A stretch of DNA of 64,000 bases from contig CAWEMM010000011.1 in NCBI GenBank assembly GCA_963810095.1, positions 1 through 64,000 of the forward strand, read 5' to 3'. The stretch comes from an uncultured Chloroflexia bacterium. Lineage in GTDB: Bacteria > Chloroflexota > Anaerolineae > CG2-30-64-16. Positions within the stretch are counted from its first letter, which is position 1, and the number at the start of each line of letters is the position of its first letter. Under the pieces are notes generated by a model that made no database searches, was not told the origin of the DNA, and was given only the letters and a program-made list of their open reading frames with translations. The translations under genes were made by a program, and so were the position numbers. Shown here in pieces: positions 1 to 9,963 of the stretch.

Positions 1-108
1 CACTGCGGCCGGTGGACCTCACCTACGGACGAGAACGCGCCGGTTCTGTTGCCTGGTCCATGCAGGAGCGGTACAATAGCGCCATTAACGTCGGCTAGGA
101 GGATCGGC

Positions 109-480
109 ATGCGAAACACGCTGAACTGGTTCGAAATCCCTGTCACGGATATGCCACGGGCGGTCCGCTTCTACGGCCAGATCTTCCAGGCAGAGCTCCC
201 GGCCGACCCCGCGGGCGAAGGCTTTACAATGGCCATGTTCCCGGGCGGCGGGGGCGTGAACGGTGCGCTGGTCTGCGGCGAGGGCTACGTCCCAAGCTCG
301 TCTGGCGCGATCGTCTATCTCAACTGCAATCCGAGCCTCGACGCGGTGCTTGGCCGGGTCGAAGCTGCGGGCGGCCGGATCGTGGTGCCCAGGACCGACA
401 TCGGCGAAAATGGCGCCTTTGCCTTCATCCTGGACACGGAGGGCAATCGCGTCGCCCTCCACGAGTCGGCGCAGCAGTAG
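109..480 (+). CDS. VOC/glyoxalase-bleomycin resistance family protein
   Basis: LNWFEIPVTDMPRAVRFY start and FILDTEGNRVALH end are typical VOC motifs; AGGAGG RBS before ATG 109. Confidence 0.9.
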   Translation: MRNTLNWFEIPVTDMPRAVRFYGQIFQAELPADPAGEGFTMAMFPGGGGVNGALVCGEGYVPSSSGAIVYLNCNPSLDAVLGRVEAAGGRIVVPRTDIGENGAFAFILDTEGNRVALHESAQQ

Positions 481-624
481 CCCGACCAGAACGCCGCAAA
501 GGCAAGAATGCCGGGGAACCGTAGTTCAGGCCCTTGTGCGTCTGTGCCTTTGTGTTATTCTTGCTCCGGCACGGTGAGGTGGCCGGTTTTGTGTCGATTA
601 CGAAATGTGTAACGGAGGAGATGT

Positions 625-1113
625 GTGATGAATGAGTTGATCGAGCCAGCCGGCCAGTCGCCGCTGGCGCTTGCAGCGCGCGACCTGGTGCGAGCAGCCC
701 GCAGGGGTGTATTGTGCACGCTGATGCCAGACGATGGGTATCCTTACGGATCGCTGGTCGAGATCCTGCCGCTGACCGACGGCAATTTAGTGCTGTTTCT
801 TTCGCAGCTGGCCGAGCACCGGCGCTTCCTGGCCGCCGACGCGCGTGCATCAGTCGTTATCGCGCCAAACATCCAGGAGCCGCGCGCCATGGCCCAACCG
901 CGGGTGACGTTGATCGGACGTGCGGAGCCGGTCGAAGACCGCGAGCAGTATGCACAAGCGTACGTGCGCCTTCATCCGACGGCCGCCAGCTACATCAACT
1001 TCCCCGACTTCGGCTTCTTCCGCCTGCGGGTGGAGCGAGTGCGCTACATCGCAGGCTTCGGTCAGATGGGCTGGATTGCGAGCGAGACCTACCGCGGCGC
1101 CTTCGGCACGTAG
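625..1113 (+). CDS. HugZ-like pyridoxamine 5'-phosphate oxidase family protein
   Basis: GYPYGSLV, SQLAEH, PRVTLIG, YIAGFG motifs; GGAG RBS. Confidence 0.85.
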   Translation: MMNELIEPAGQSPLALAARDLVRAARRGVLCTLMPDDGYPYGSLVEILPLTDGNLVLFLSQLAEHRRFLAADARASVVIAPNIQEPRAMAQPRVTLIGRAEPVEDREQYAQAYVRLHPTAASYINFPDFGFFRLRVERVRYIAGFGQMGWIASETYRGAFGT

Positions 1114-1219
1114 GAACCAGCGCACCCGCCGATAACCGTCCGATGAGCGACCGGCTGCGCGACATGGTCTCGCAGGCGTTGGCCGCGCGGGTTGCCCTAC
1201 CGCAGACAAGGACCACAGG

Positions 1220-1840
1220 ATGCGCCAGAAGCACTTCATCGATTCGCACAAAGCCGTGACGGGGCTCTTCGTTCTGCTGCTGATGGCGATCTACGACCAA
1301 TGGCAGAACCCGACCGCATGGGTCTACCTGGCGCTCCACGGCACCTACGGCATCCTGTGGGTGTTGAAGAGCCGCATCTATCCGGACAAGAACTGGGAGC
1401 GTCCGGCGACGTGGCGCTTTGCGCTCGTGGCGTGGGGCGGCCTGACGGTGTACTGGGTGGCGCCGTGGCTGCTGACGTCGCAGGGCGTGCAGGCGCCGCC
1501 GTGGTTTCTCGCGCTCTGCATCAGCACCTACGCGTTCGGCCTGTTTCTGCACTTCACAGCCGACATGCAGAAGTACATGTGGCTTAGGCTGCGCCCCGGC
1601 GAACTGTTGTCTGAGGGCTTGTGGTCGAGGGTGCGCAACCCGAATTACTTTGGCGAGTTGCTGATATATCTGAGCTTCGCACTGCTCGCGATGCACTGGC
1701 TGCCGATCTTGCTGCTGGCAGCCTTCGTGCTCGTGTACTGGCTGCCCAACATGCGGCGCAAGGATGCCTCACTCGCCCGCTACCCCGAATTCGCCGAGTA
1801 CCGGGCGCACTCCAAGCTGTTCATCCCGCACGTGTTCTAA
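1220..1840 (+). CDS. DUF1295 / steroid 5-alpha-reductase-ICMT-like membrane protein
   Basis: Hydrophobic protein with ADMQK, GLWSRVRNPNYFGE and SKLFIP motifs. Confidence 0.8.
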   Translation: MRQKHFIDSHKAVTGLFVLLLMAIYDQWQNPTAWVYLALHGTYGILWVLKSRIYPDKNWERPATWRFALVAWGGLTVYWVAPWLLTSQGVQAPPWFLALCISTYAFGLFLHFTADMQKYMWLRLRPGELLSEGLWSRVRNPNYFGELLIYLSFALLAMHWLPILLLAAFVLVYWLPNMRRKDASLARYPEFAEYRAHSKLFIPHVF

Positions 1841-1889
1841 ATAACCGCACATTGGATAGGACGCGCTGCCGGGCAACGCGGAGTAGAAC

Positions 1890-1978
1890 GGGACACTGAT
1901 TGAACGGATGGGACTGATTACCACGATTTCTGCCCAAAGGACAGCGTAGATCAGTTCAATCAGTTGGATCAGCGTCCC
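1890..1978. repeat. 9-nt-periodic palindromic element, copy 1 (family also at 19900-19989 and 46854-46942)
   Basis: GACACTGAT TGAACGGAT GGGACTGAT TACCACGAT - loop - ATCAGTTCA ATCAGTTGG ATCAGCGTC, between convergent genes. Confidence 0.85.
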
Positions 1979-2003
1979 ATTCCAGATCAGTTTGAATACC
2001 GCC

Positions 2004-2471
2004 TTATTCGAGATCGCCCCGACCAACCTTCCGCCGCGTTGCCTTGTGCTGCGAACGGACCTTCTTCTCGGCCAGCCGTGCCTCGCGCGCACCGGCGGAC
2101 GGCTTCGTCGCGATCCTGCGCTTGCGCTGACGCAGCGCGCCGGCCAGCAGCGCCTGAAACCGGCGGACCGCTTCTTCCCGGTTCTCGAGCTGGCTGCGAG
2201 TGGCCGAACTCACGACCCGCAGTACGCCCTCGCCGTCGATCTGGTTGCCCAGGCGAGACAGGATTCGTCCGCGCTGTTCGTCAGACAGCGAGGGAGAGGC
2301 GGCGACATTGAACAGGAGCTCGACCCGGGTGTCGCTGCGCTGCACGTGCTGCCCGCCGGGTCCGCTCGACCGGCTGAAGCGAAACTCGAGTTCTGCCGTC
2401 GGGATCGCCAGGCGCTCGTTGACGATGATGACGGGGCGCAGGTCGTCCTGCTCCTCCAGCGGCGCACTCAT
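2004..2471 (-). CDS. arfB: Alternative ribosome rescue factor B (peptidyl-tRNA hydrolase)
   Basis: FSRSSGPGGQHV (GGQ motif), RSQLENREEA, basic C-terminal tail; ATGA overlap with upstream gene. Confidence 0.92.
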   Translation of the reverse strand: MSAPLEEQDDLRPVIIVNERLAIPTAELEFRFSRSSGPGGQHVQRSDTRVELLFNVAASPSLSDEQRGRILSRLGNQIDGEGVLRVVSSATRSQLENREEAVRRFQALLAGALRQRKRRIATKPSAGAREARLAEKKVRSQHKATRRKVGRGDLE

Positions 2472-3259
2472 GCCTGGCTCCGCAAGAACTTCAGAACCGC
2501 CGCGTTCACCTCGTCGGCATAGTCGATGTTGCACGCATGGCCGCCGCCACTGACCGTCACGTATTGTGCATGGGCGATGCCCTCGCGCAGCCGTGCCTGA
2601 TAGGTACCCGGCACGACGCGGTCGCAGTCTCCCGCAAGGATCAGCACGGGGCAGGCGATCTTCCTCAGGCTGCCGCCGGGCCGGAAACGCGCCACCGCCA
2701 GGGTCGCGCGGCGGTACACGTCCGGATCGTTCTCCGCGATTCGCTGCTCCGTCATGTGGCGCAGCAGCACGTCCTCCTTGCGTGGAAAAAGCGACAGCGC
2801 CACGCTGTGCGCGATGTCCTCCATCGAAGGAGCGGCGCCCGGCCGAAAACGGCCGAGCCCGACGCGCAAGATCTCGGGTGCAGGCGGCCAGACGCCGGGG
2901 AGCGTGTTGAGCAAGGCGAGCGAGCGCACGACGTGCGGATGGGCAATCCCGAGCTGCTGCGCGACCATGCCGCCCAGGCTCAGCCCCACGATATGCGCCG
3001 GCCCCGCGCCGGTGGCCGCCAGCAACATCGCGACGTCAGACGCAAACACCTGGACAGAGTAATTGCCTGCAGGTTTGTCAGACAGACCGTGCCCGCGCAA
3101 ATCGACTGCGATGCAGCGGAAGTGCCGGCCAAACGCTCCGAATTGCATGAACCAGTCCTCGGCGGATGAGCCGAGCCCATGGATGAAGACCACGGGGATG
3201 CTGCCGACGCCCCATGTCTCGTATCTGAGCCTGATCCCGTTCACCTCAGCAAATGGCAT
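2468..3259 (-). CDS. Alpha/beta hydrolase (3-oxoadipate enol-lactonase-like)
   Basis: IHGLGS, DLRGHG, GLSLGG nucleophile elbow, GGH catalytic His. Confidence 0.88.
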   Translation of the reverse strand: MPFAEVNGIRLRYETWGVGSIPVVFIHGLGSSAEDWFMQFGAFGRHFRCIAVDLRGHGLSDKPAGNYSVQVFASDVAMLLAATGAGPAHIVGLSLGGMVAQQLGIAHPHVVRSLALLNTLPGVWPPAPEILRVGLGRFRPGAAPSMEDIAHSVALSLFPRKEDVLLRHMTEQRIAENDPDVYRRATLAVARFRPGGSLRKIACPVLILAGDCDRVVPGTYQARLREGIAHAQYVTVSGGGHACNIDYADEVNAAVLKFLRSQA

Positions 3260-3456
3260 GCTTTCACCCGGCTTCGTTGGATTCTCCGGACTGGGAGTGT
3301 CTCGGCCGATTCTCGCGCAGGCAAGGTCAACTGACAAATCCCAACCTTCGTGCTATACTTCTCTTAGGCGATGTTCTCGCGCGCATTGCTCCGCGGCCCT
3401 GTCGGGGCGCAACGCGCACCCCATCCCGCTTCGCATCAACATGGAGGCCGCTGATC

Positions 3457-3735
3457 ATGACCAACGATGTGCTGGTGAAAGTCTACGAATCGCAGGGCAT
3501 TTTCGGAGCTGAGGTCGTCAAGGCAAAGCTCGAAGCTTACGGCATCCCCGCGCTCCTGAAGTACGAGTCGGTTGGGCAGATTTTCGGCATCACGGTGGAT
3601 GGCATCGGCCGCGTCGAGGTGCATGTGCCCGCCGAGCTCGAGGAACAAGCCCTGGACCTGATCGCCGAAGGCGACGCAGAGGGCGATTCAGACGAGCCGG
3701 CCCCGGAAGATGCGGCGGACGGTGAACCGGCATAA
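3457..3735 (+). CDS. DUF2007-like putative signal transducing protein
   Basis: AEVVKAKLEAYGIP...VEVHVP...ALDL pattern with acidic tail; GGAGG RBS. Confidence 0.75.
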   Translation: MTNDVLVKVYESQGIFGAEVVKAKLEAYGIPALLKYESVGQIFGITVDGIGRVEVHVPAELEEQALDLIAEGDAEGDSDEPAPEDAADGEPA

Positions 3736-3910
3736 CGGGCTCGCTATCCGCGCTAGAATGCTGAACGGGAAGCCTCACGGATGACAGGCGCTCACGGATG
3801 TTAGCGCACCCACGGGTGAAAAAGCGCTCACATTTGTAGTCTTGTGAGTGAACTGCTATACTTATCGCTTGGTTTCGAAATCGTAATTGCGTCAAGAGGA
3901 GTGGCCCCGC

Positions 3911-5479
3911 GTGACTCAACGGAAAACCCAGACGCCTGAGTACTGGCAGAGCTTTACCCTATCGCCAACCGACGTCGAATTTCTACGTACCATGCTCCTG
4001 GATAGCGAGCGCCCGGTGGCGACGCGCGAACTTGCCCAGGCGCTCGTGGCCGAGCGAATCCGTCGCGAGGAATCCGAGCTGCGCGCCGAAATGTCACGCG
4101 GGACTATGTACCAGCCGAAGAAGCACTTTGCCGTGGGCGACAAAGTCCTCTTCCCCCAGCTGGATTTCCGGTTGGGCGAGGTGGTCGACCTGCGCGCGGG
4201 CCAGAACCCGGAGTACGGCGAGTTCGAGGTCATCACGGTCGAGTTCGGCGGCGGACGGCGCCAGCGCAGCTTTGCGGCCGGCCTGACCGCGCCCCATAAG
4301 CTGAACGCGGATATGCCCGACGTCCTGCAATCGGGGCCGGCGGTCGACCCGCAGGCGGTCTTGCAGGGCCCCGCACGCAATCTGCCCGAGCAGTTGGGTG
4401 CGGCTCTTCGCGGAGACGACACCTTCGCCGTGTTCGAAGACCGCTGGCTGCCCCGCGACCTGTTGGTCGAGATACACGTCGGGCACTTGAACATCGCCGA
4501 AGCGGTCATCGATATGAACCAGAACGCGCTCGACACTGCGACGCTGCTCAAGGAGCTCGACCTGCCGCGGGACGTAAGCGAAGCAATCAATGCGTTTTCG
4601 CTGCAGGCCGCGCTGGCCGCCGACGAGCGGTTCGACCAGGTGGGCGCGGCCGACGAGCGTCGCTGGTTCCTCCGCCGGCTCGAGCCTGCCGAGGCGCTGA
4701 CCCTTCCCGACATGCTCCGCTTCACGCCGACCGACTACGATCTGGATGCGATAACGCCCGACCTTGAACAGCTGGCGTTCCAGCTGGACGACGAGTGGTC
4801 GGACACGATCGAACAGGTTGAAGAGCGGAAGGCGGTCCAGACGGCTACGATCGTGCTGACGTTCCCCCACGCGATGTCTGGCACGCTGCCGCTCAACCGG
4901 CGGACGCGGCCGCTGCTGCCCACGGGCCACGGCGAGCGCACGATGGTGATGTTGGTCGACGGGCGCTGGGGCAATCGCTTCGCGGGCTGGGTGAACCGTG
5001 ACGGCCGCTACCTCGCGGGCCTGCAGGCCTGGATGGAGAAGCACAAGCTGCCCGCAGGCACCCAGATCACGCTTGAGCGGCGCGCGGACGGCGACATCGT
5101 GGTCGACTTCAAACCGAAGCGCATGAAACGCGACTGGATGCGTTGGGCGCAGAACGGCGACGAAGGACGATTCGACATCCAGATGCGCAAGCAGGAAATC
5201 GCCTGTGAGTTCGACGAACAGATGGTTATCGGCGCCGACAAAACCGAAGACATGCAGCGGCACCGGGCGCATTTCGCAGCGGTTTCACTGCGCGACCTGG
5301 TCTTCGAGATCTTCGTCGACCTGGCGGGCCTCTCAAGCATGGGAGATGTGGCGGCCAAGACCGTATACAGCGCTGTCAACGTCGTCCGGCGGATGACGCC
5401 TGAACCGGTTTTCGCGGCACTGGCCGCGGATGAGCGGCTCGAGCGTTTGCCGGAGAACCGGTTCCGGCTGGTCGCATAG
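3911..5479 (+). CDS. Hypothetical multidomain protein, possibly nucleic-acid binding
   Basis: Long ORF with host codon usage; GAGGAG RBS before GTG 3911; no recognised catalytic motif. Confidence 0.8.
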   Translation: MTQRKTQTPEYWQSFTLSPTDVEFLRTMLLDSERPVATRELAQALVAERIRREESELRAEMSRGTMYQPKKHFAVGDKVLFPQLDFRLGEVVDLRAGQNPEYGEFEVITVEFGGGRRQRSFAAGLTAPHKLNADMPDVLQSGPAVDPQAVLQGPARNLPEQLGAALRGDDTFAVFEDRWLPRDLLVEIHVGHLNIAEAVIDMNQNALDTATLLKELDLPRDVSEAINAFSLQAALAADERFDQVGAADERRWFLRRLEPAEALTLPDMLRFTPTDYDLDAITPDLEQLAFQLDDEWSDTIEQVEERKAVQTATIVLTFPHAMSGTLPLNRRTRPLLPTGHGERTMVMLVDGRWGNRFAGWVNRDGRYLAGLQAWMEKHKLPAGTQITLERRADGDIVVDFKPKRMKRDWMRWAQNGDEGRFDIQMRKQEIACEFDEQMVIGADKTEDMQRHRAHFAAVSLRDLVFEIFVDLAGLSSMGDVAAKTVYSAVNVVRRMTPEPVFAALAADERLERLPENRFRLVA

Positions 5480-5536
5480 GGGCGGCGAGCGGCTGCACAT
5501 GGCGCGCCACTTGGCGTAGGAGACAGGACGGCAGGC

Positions 5537-5964
5537 ATGACTGGTTGGAAACGACCTTCTCTGGAGACGAAATTCCATATCGATAACGAGTGGTGGCAGA
5601 GCAGCGGCAAGGACCTGCGGGTGGCCGTGCGCGGCCAACTGTGCCGAGATGACCAGGCGCGCTTCCCCGATCACCGTAACCTGGAGTCAGTGGACTGGGT
5701 GGACCCTGAGACGGCCGAAGTGATGCGGGCGGACGCGCTGCTGCAGACCCTGCGCAGCCACTGCGCAAGGCAGCCCGAGTTCATCAGCTCGGGAAACTCG
5801 GCGGTCTCCAACATCTTCCGCATCTTCCTGCTCAACGGAAACCAACCCCTCACCCCCGCGACCTCGCCCGGCAGATGCCATGGACCAGCGCGGAGACCAT
5901 CCTGCGCACCCTGGCCAGCGGCCCGGTTTACATGGGTATCCGTCCCGCGATCGGGCTGGACTAG
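5537..5964 (+). CDS. Hypothetical protein with possible C-terminal HTH (frameshift near 5860)
   Basis: ORF from 5537 continues in another frame as LARQMPWTSAETILRTLASGPVYMGIRPAIGLD*. Confidence 0.7.
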
Positions 5965-6033
5965 GAGAGGGAGTGGGGGCGCCTTCGCCGGCGTCGACGG
6001 CGCCCCCACTCCCACGCTCCCAAGCTGCCCCCT

Positions 6034-6844
6034 ATGCAAACCCCACTCGTCGAAATACTGGTCATCGGCAACGAGGTGTTGGCGGGCAATGTGCTCGACA
6101 GCAACTCCCACTGGCTGTGCCAGCAGGTATCGGCACGCGGCGGGCAGGTGCGGCGCATCACCGTGCTGGCGGACGACCCGGCCGAGATCGCAGACGGGCT
6201 GCGGGGGGCGTTGAGCCGGGGGCCGGCGCTGATCCTGACGTGCGGGGGTCTGGGGCCAACCCAGGATGACCTGACGGTCGGGGCGATTGCGCAGGCGCTG
6301 GGGCTTAAGCTGGAGCAGGACCCGGCCGCATACGCGATGGTCGGGGCGCTCTATGCCCGCCTGTTTGAGCAGGGCGAGGTGACCACACCCGAAATGTTGC
6401 CTGCCCGTGTCAAGATGGCCCAACTGCCCCAGGGCGCCGAGCCGCTGCCCAATGGGGCTGGGGCCGCGCCGGGCGTCGTGCTCACGCACCAAGGTGTCAC
6501 CATCGTCGCGCTGCCCGGCGTGCCCACCGAGATGAAGGACATATTCTCCCACAGCCTGCTGCCCCGGTTGGACGCGATCTTTCCCGAACAGGCCTATGCG
6601 GAACGGACGCTCAAGACGAGGGTGTGGGACGAGTCCATCCTCGCGCCTGCGGTCGACGGGGTTGCCCTCCGACATCCTCTCGTCTATACCAAGTCGCGCG
6701 CCCAGGTTTACGGCTCTGGCATAGCCGATTTCGTCACGCTGGCAGCCCGCGCGGAATGACGAGGCAGAGGTCACGGCCCTGCTCGACGCGGCAGAGGCCG
6801 ATCTACGCGGAGAACTGGCCCGGCTGGGGATCGACGTGGAATAG
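6034..6844 (+). CDS. Competence/damage-inducible CinA-like molybdopterin-binding domain protein (frameshift near 6757)
   Basis: IGNEVLAGNVLDSN, GGLGPTQDDLT, ALPGVPTEM motifs. Confidence 0.85.
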
Positions 6845-6910
6845 AACGCCCACCGCATTGGTTGGCAGGCATGATCAGAAACCAGGCGGCGTAACACACC
6901 AACAACGTGT

Positions 6911-6945
6911 AAGGGCGAGGCATGCGCTGCATGCCTCGCCCTTTT
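6911..6945. terminator. Intrinsic terminator hairpin between convergent genes
   Basis: AAGGGCGAGGCATGC-GCT-GCATGCCTCGCCCTT followed by T residues. Confidence 0.75.
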
Positions 6946-6959
6946 CGCATACCTGGGCT

Positions 6960-8081
6960 CTACACGTCCAGCTGCATGGGCACGTCCCCGATGCGGGCCA
7001 TTGCATGTGCGGGCTCGAGGGGGTCATCGCCCAAGCGCAGGTAGAGGTACTTGAAGACGTCGCGGATGATGGCCGTCAAGGGCACGGCGAGGATCGCGCC
7101 GGCAAGGCCGGCCACCTCGCTGCCGATGATGAGCACGAGGACGATAAGCGCGGGGTGCAGCTCGACGGCCTTACCCGAGATGCGCGGCACGAGCACGGTG
7201 TTCTCCACCTGCTGGATCACGATAAAGAGCAGGATCGTCCATACGGCCAGGATCGGATCCTGGATCAGCGCGACGAGGACTGCGGGCAGGGCGCCGAGCA
7301 GCGGGCCGACGAATGGCAGGATCTCGAAAATGCCGGCCAGCAGGCCTAGCACCGCGGGGAAGGGCACCTTGAGCAGCGAAAGGCCGATCGCGGCGAGCAC
7401 GCCCACGACCAGACACAACAGCAGCTGGCCGCGGAGGTACTTGCTGAGAATCCGGTCCGAGATGCGGACGATGTTCACCGTGTCGGCCCGGATTTGCGCC
7501 GGGATCATGGACACGGCCGACTTCATGAAGCGCGACTGGTCGTTGAGCACGTAAAAGAGCCAGACGGGGATGATCACGAGCCCCGCAACGAAAGCGACGG
7601 TGCTCGTGAGCGCGGCGATCGTTTCCAGCAGGGCCGTCTGGACCGCACCGCTGAGCCGGCCGCCGGCTGCCTGCGCCGCCTGATCGATTTGCGCCTGAAT
7701 GTCGCCGGGCGTATTGGCCGGTACCATACGAGCCCCTGATTAGCGTAGCGCTGCACGGCGTCCGCGATCTCCTGCCGGTTGTCCCACAAGGCGGCGAACT
7801 GCGGGGAGATCACCGGTACGACCAGCAGGAAGAACACCACCAACGCCAGGACGGCGGTCAGGTATGTCAGCAGGATGGCGGCGGGCCGGCTGCGCTGCAA
7901 GCGGGGAAACAGCCGGCGAAGCCATCGCTCGAAGAGCGCGACGAGCGGGAACAAGACATACGCCAAAACCAGCGCAAAGATGAACGGGAAGAGCGCGCCG
8001 CGGGCAACCCAGAGCAGCCCGATCACCAAGGCCGCGAAGCGCAAGGACCAGTATCAACCGTCCGACCCGGCCTCTTGTCAT
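6960..8081 (-). CDS. AI-2E family transporter (frameshifts near 8044 and 7730)
   Basis: FIFALVLAYVLFPLV, YLRGQL, IPFVGP-like, QQVENTVLVPRI, LHP, GAILAVPL motifs across two ORF pieces. Confidence 0.85.
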
Positions 8082-8899
8082 CCTGTCCCCTCCACCGCAT
8101 GCTGCACCCACTGCTCCACCGTTCCCGCTTCCGGTGCGGTCCCACCCCGCTGCAGCCGCGCCAGGAACTCGACGTTGCCCGCCGGACCGGTAATCGGCGA
8201 GCGGGTGACGCCGGAAGGGGCCAGCCCGCACGCCGGCGCAGCGGCCAGCACCTTCTCGATCGCATACCGGTGCAGCGCCGGCTCGCGCACGACGCCGCCC
8301 TTGCCCACCTGCCCTTTGCCAACCTCGAACTGCGGCTTGATCAACGCGATGACCAGGCCTTCGGGCGCCAGCAGCGACGCCACCCGCGGAAGCACCAGCC
8401 CGAGGCCGATGAACGACACGTCGACGACGGCCAGTTGCACCGGCTCGGGCAGCGTTTCGAGGTGGCGGATGTTGGCTCGCTCGATGCTGACCACCCGCGT
8501 GTCCTGGCGCAGCGACCAGGCAAGCTGCCCGTATCCCACGTCGATCGCGTAGACCCGCGTCGCGCCCCGCTGCAGCAGGCAGTCGGTAAATCCGCCCGTC
8601 GACGCGCCGATATCCGCACACACCCAGCCCGCGGGATTGACCTCGAACACGTCGAGCGCATGCTCTAGCTTGAGTCCGCCGCGGCTTACATACCGGGGGC
8701 TGGCCGCGAGCTTGAGCGGCGCATCGTCGGGCACCAGCAGCCCGGCCTTGTCAAGCACGCGGTCGCCGACCGAGACTTCGCCCGCCAGGATCAGGCGCTG
8801 CGCCTGGGACCGGTTCTCGGCCAGCCCGCGCACGACCAGCAGTTCGTCAAGACGAACTTTACGCGGCTTGGGCGGTTTCGCAGGGTTGTCGGCGCACAT
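8078..8899 (-). CDS. tlyA: TlyA family rRNA 2'-O-methyltransferase
   Basis: S4 domain RLDELLV, YVSRGGLKL, DIGASTGGFTD, LIKPQFE, GNVEFL. Confidence 0.95.
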   Translation of the reverse strand: MCADNPAKPPKPRKVRLDELLVVRGLAENRSQAQRLILAGEVSVGDRVLDKAGLLVPDDAPLKLAASPRYVSRGGLKLEHALDVFEVNPAGWVCADIGASTGGFTDCLLQRGATRVYAIDVGYGQLAWSLRQDTRVVSIERANIRHLETLPEPVQLAVVDVSFIGLGLVLPRVASLLAPEGLVIALIKPQFEVGKGQVGKGGVVREPALHRYAIEKVLAAAPACGLAPSGVTRSPITGPAGNVEFLARLQRGGTAPEAGTVEQWVQHAVEGTG

Positions 8900-9045
8900 G
8901 GCCCGTCATTTTAGCATAGTTGCCACATAGGGACGAAGCGTCCGGCGCCGTTCGCCCGACGTCTCACACCTATGAATTGGCCGATGAATTGACGATAACG
9001 CGGCGCTAAGGTATCATGCCGGTTCGAGGAGAGAGTCCATCAACC

Positions 9046-9963
9046 ATGGGTGATGCAACCCCAAGCACTGCCACGGGTGTCCGCCAGCGCTCCCAGCTTG
9101 CGCTCCTGTTCAAAACGATGCGGCCGAAACAATGGACGAAGAACGTGTTTGTTTGGGCCGCGTTGGTGTTCGACGTCAAGCTGTTCCAGATCCAACCGTT
9201 TCTGCGCACGCTGGCGGCGTTTATCCTATTCTGCCTGATCTCCAGCGCCGTGTACATCATTAACGACCTGGTCGACATGCCGAAGGACCGTCTGCACCCA
9301 GAGAAACGCAACCGGCCGCTCGCGTCTGGCGCACTCAACCCGAACATCGCCATTGTTGGCGCGGTCGTCATCGTCGTCGGCTGCCTGCCCGCCGCGCTAA
9401 GCCTCAACTTGCAGTTCACCGCGATCCTGTACGGCTATCTGTTGCTGATGATCGCGTACTCATTCTGGCTTAAGAACATCGTTATCGTCGACGTTTTCAC
9501 CATTGCGATGGGGTTTGTGCTGCGCGTGGCGGCGGGCGTCGCAGTGGTCAGCGCAACCCGCTTCTCGCCCTGGCTCTATGTCTGCATGACGCTGCTGGCG
9601 CTGTTCCTGGGGCTCGGCAAGCGACGGCAGGAAATCGTGCTGATGAACGAGAACGGCTCGAACACGCGGAAGATCCTGGCCGAGTACAATCTCCCGTTTG
9701 TCGACGAGATGCTGGCGCTGGTCAGCGCAAGCACGGTGATGGCCTACGCGACTTACACCTTCTCCGCGCCCAATCTGCCCGCGAACCACTTGATGATGCT
9801 CACCATCCCGTTCGTGGTTTATGCCATCTTCCGCTATCTCTACCTGATCCACGTGAAGGGGGAGACCGACCCGCCGGATGTGGTGGTGCTGAAGGACCGC
9901 GCGCTGCAGATCGACGTGGTGCTGTTCGCCCTGGTGGTGTTCGTAGTATTCTACCTGGTCTAG
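9046..9963 (+). CDS. UbiA-family prenyltransferase (decaprenyl-phosphate phosphoribosyltransferase-like)
   Basis: MRPKQWTKN, YIINDLVD..DRLHP.KRNRPLASG, KRRQE. Confidence 0.9.
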   Translation: MGDATPSTATGVRQRSQLALLFKTMRPKQWTKNVFVWAALVFDVKLFQIQPFLRTLAAFILFCLISSAVYIINDLVDMPKDRLHPEKRNRPLASGALNPNIAIVGAVVIVVGCLPAALSLNLQFTAILYGYLLLMIAYSFWLKNIVIVDVFTIAMGFVLRVAAGVAVVSATRFSPWLYVCMTLLALFLGLGKRRQEIVLMNENGSNTRKILAEYNLPFVDEMLALVSASTVMAYATYTFSAPNLPANHLMMLTIPFVVYAIFRYLYLIHVKGETDPPDVVVLKDRALQIDVVLFALVVFVVFYLV

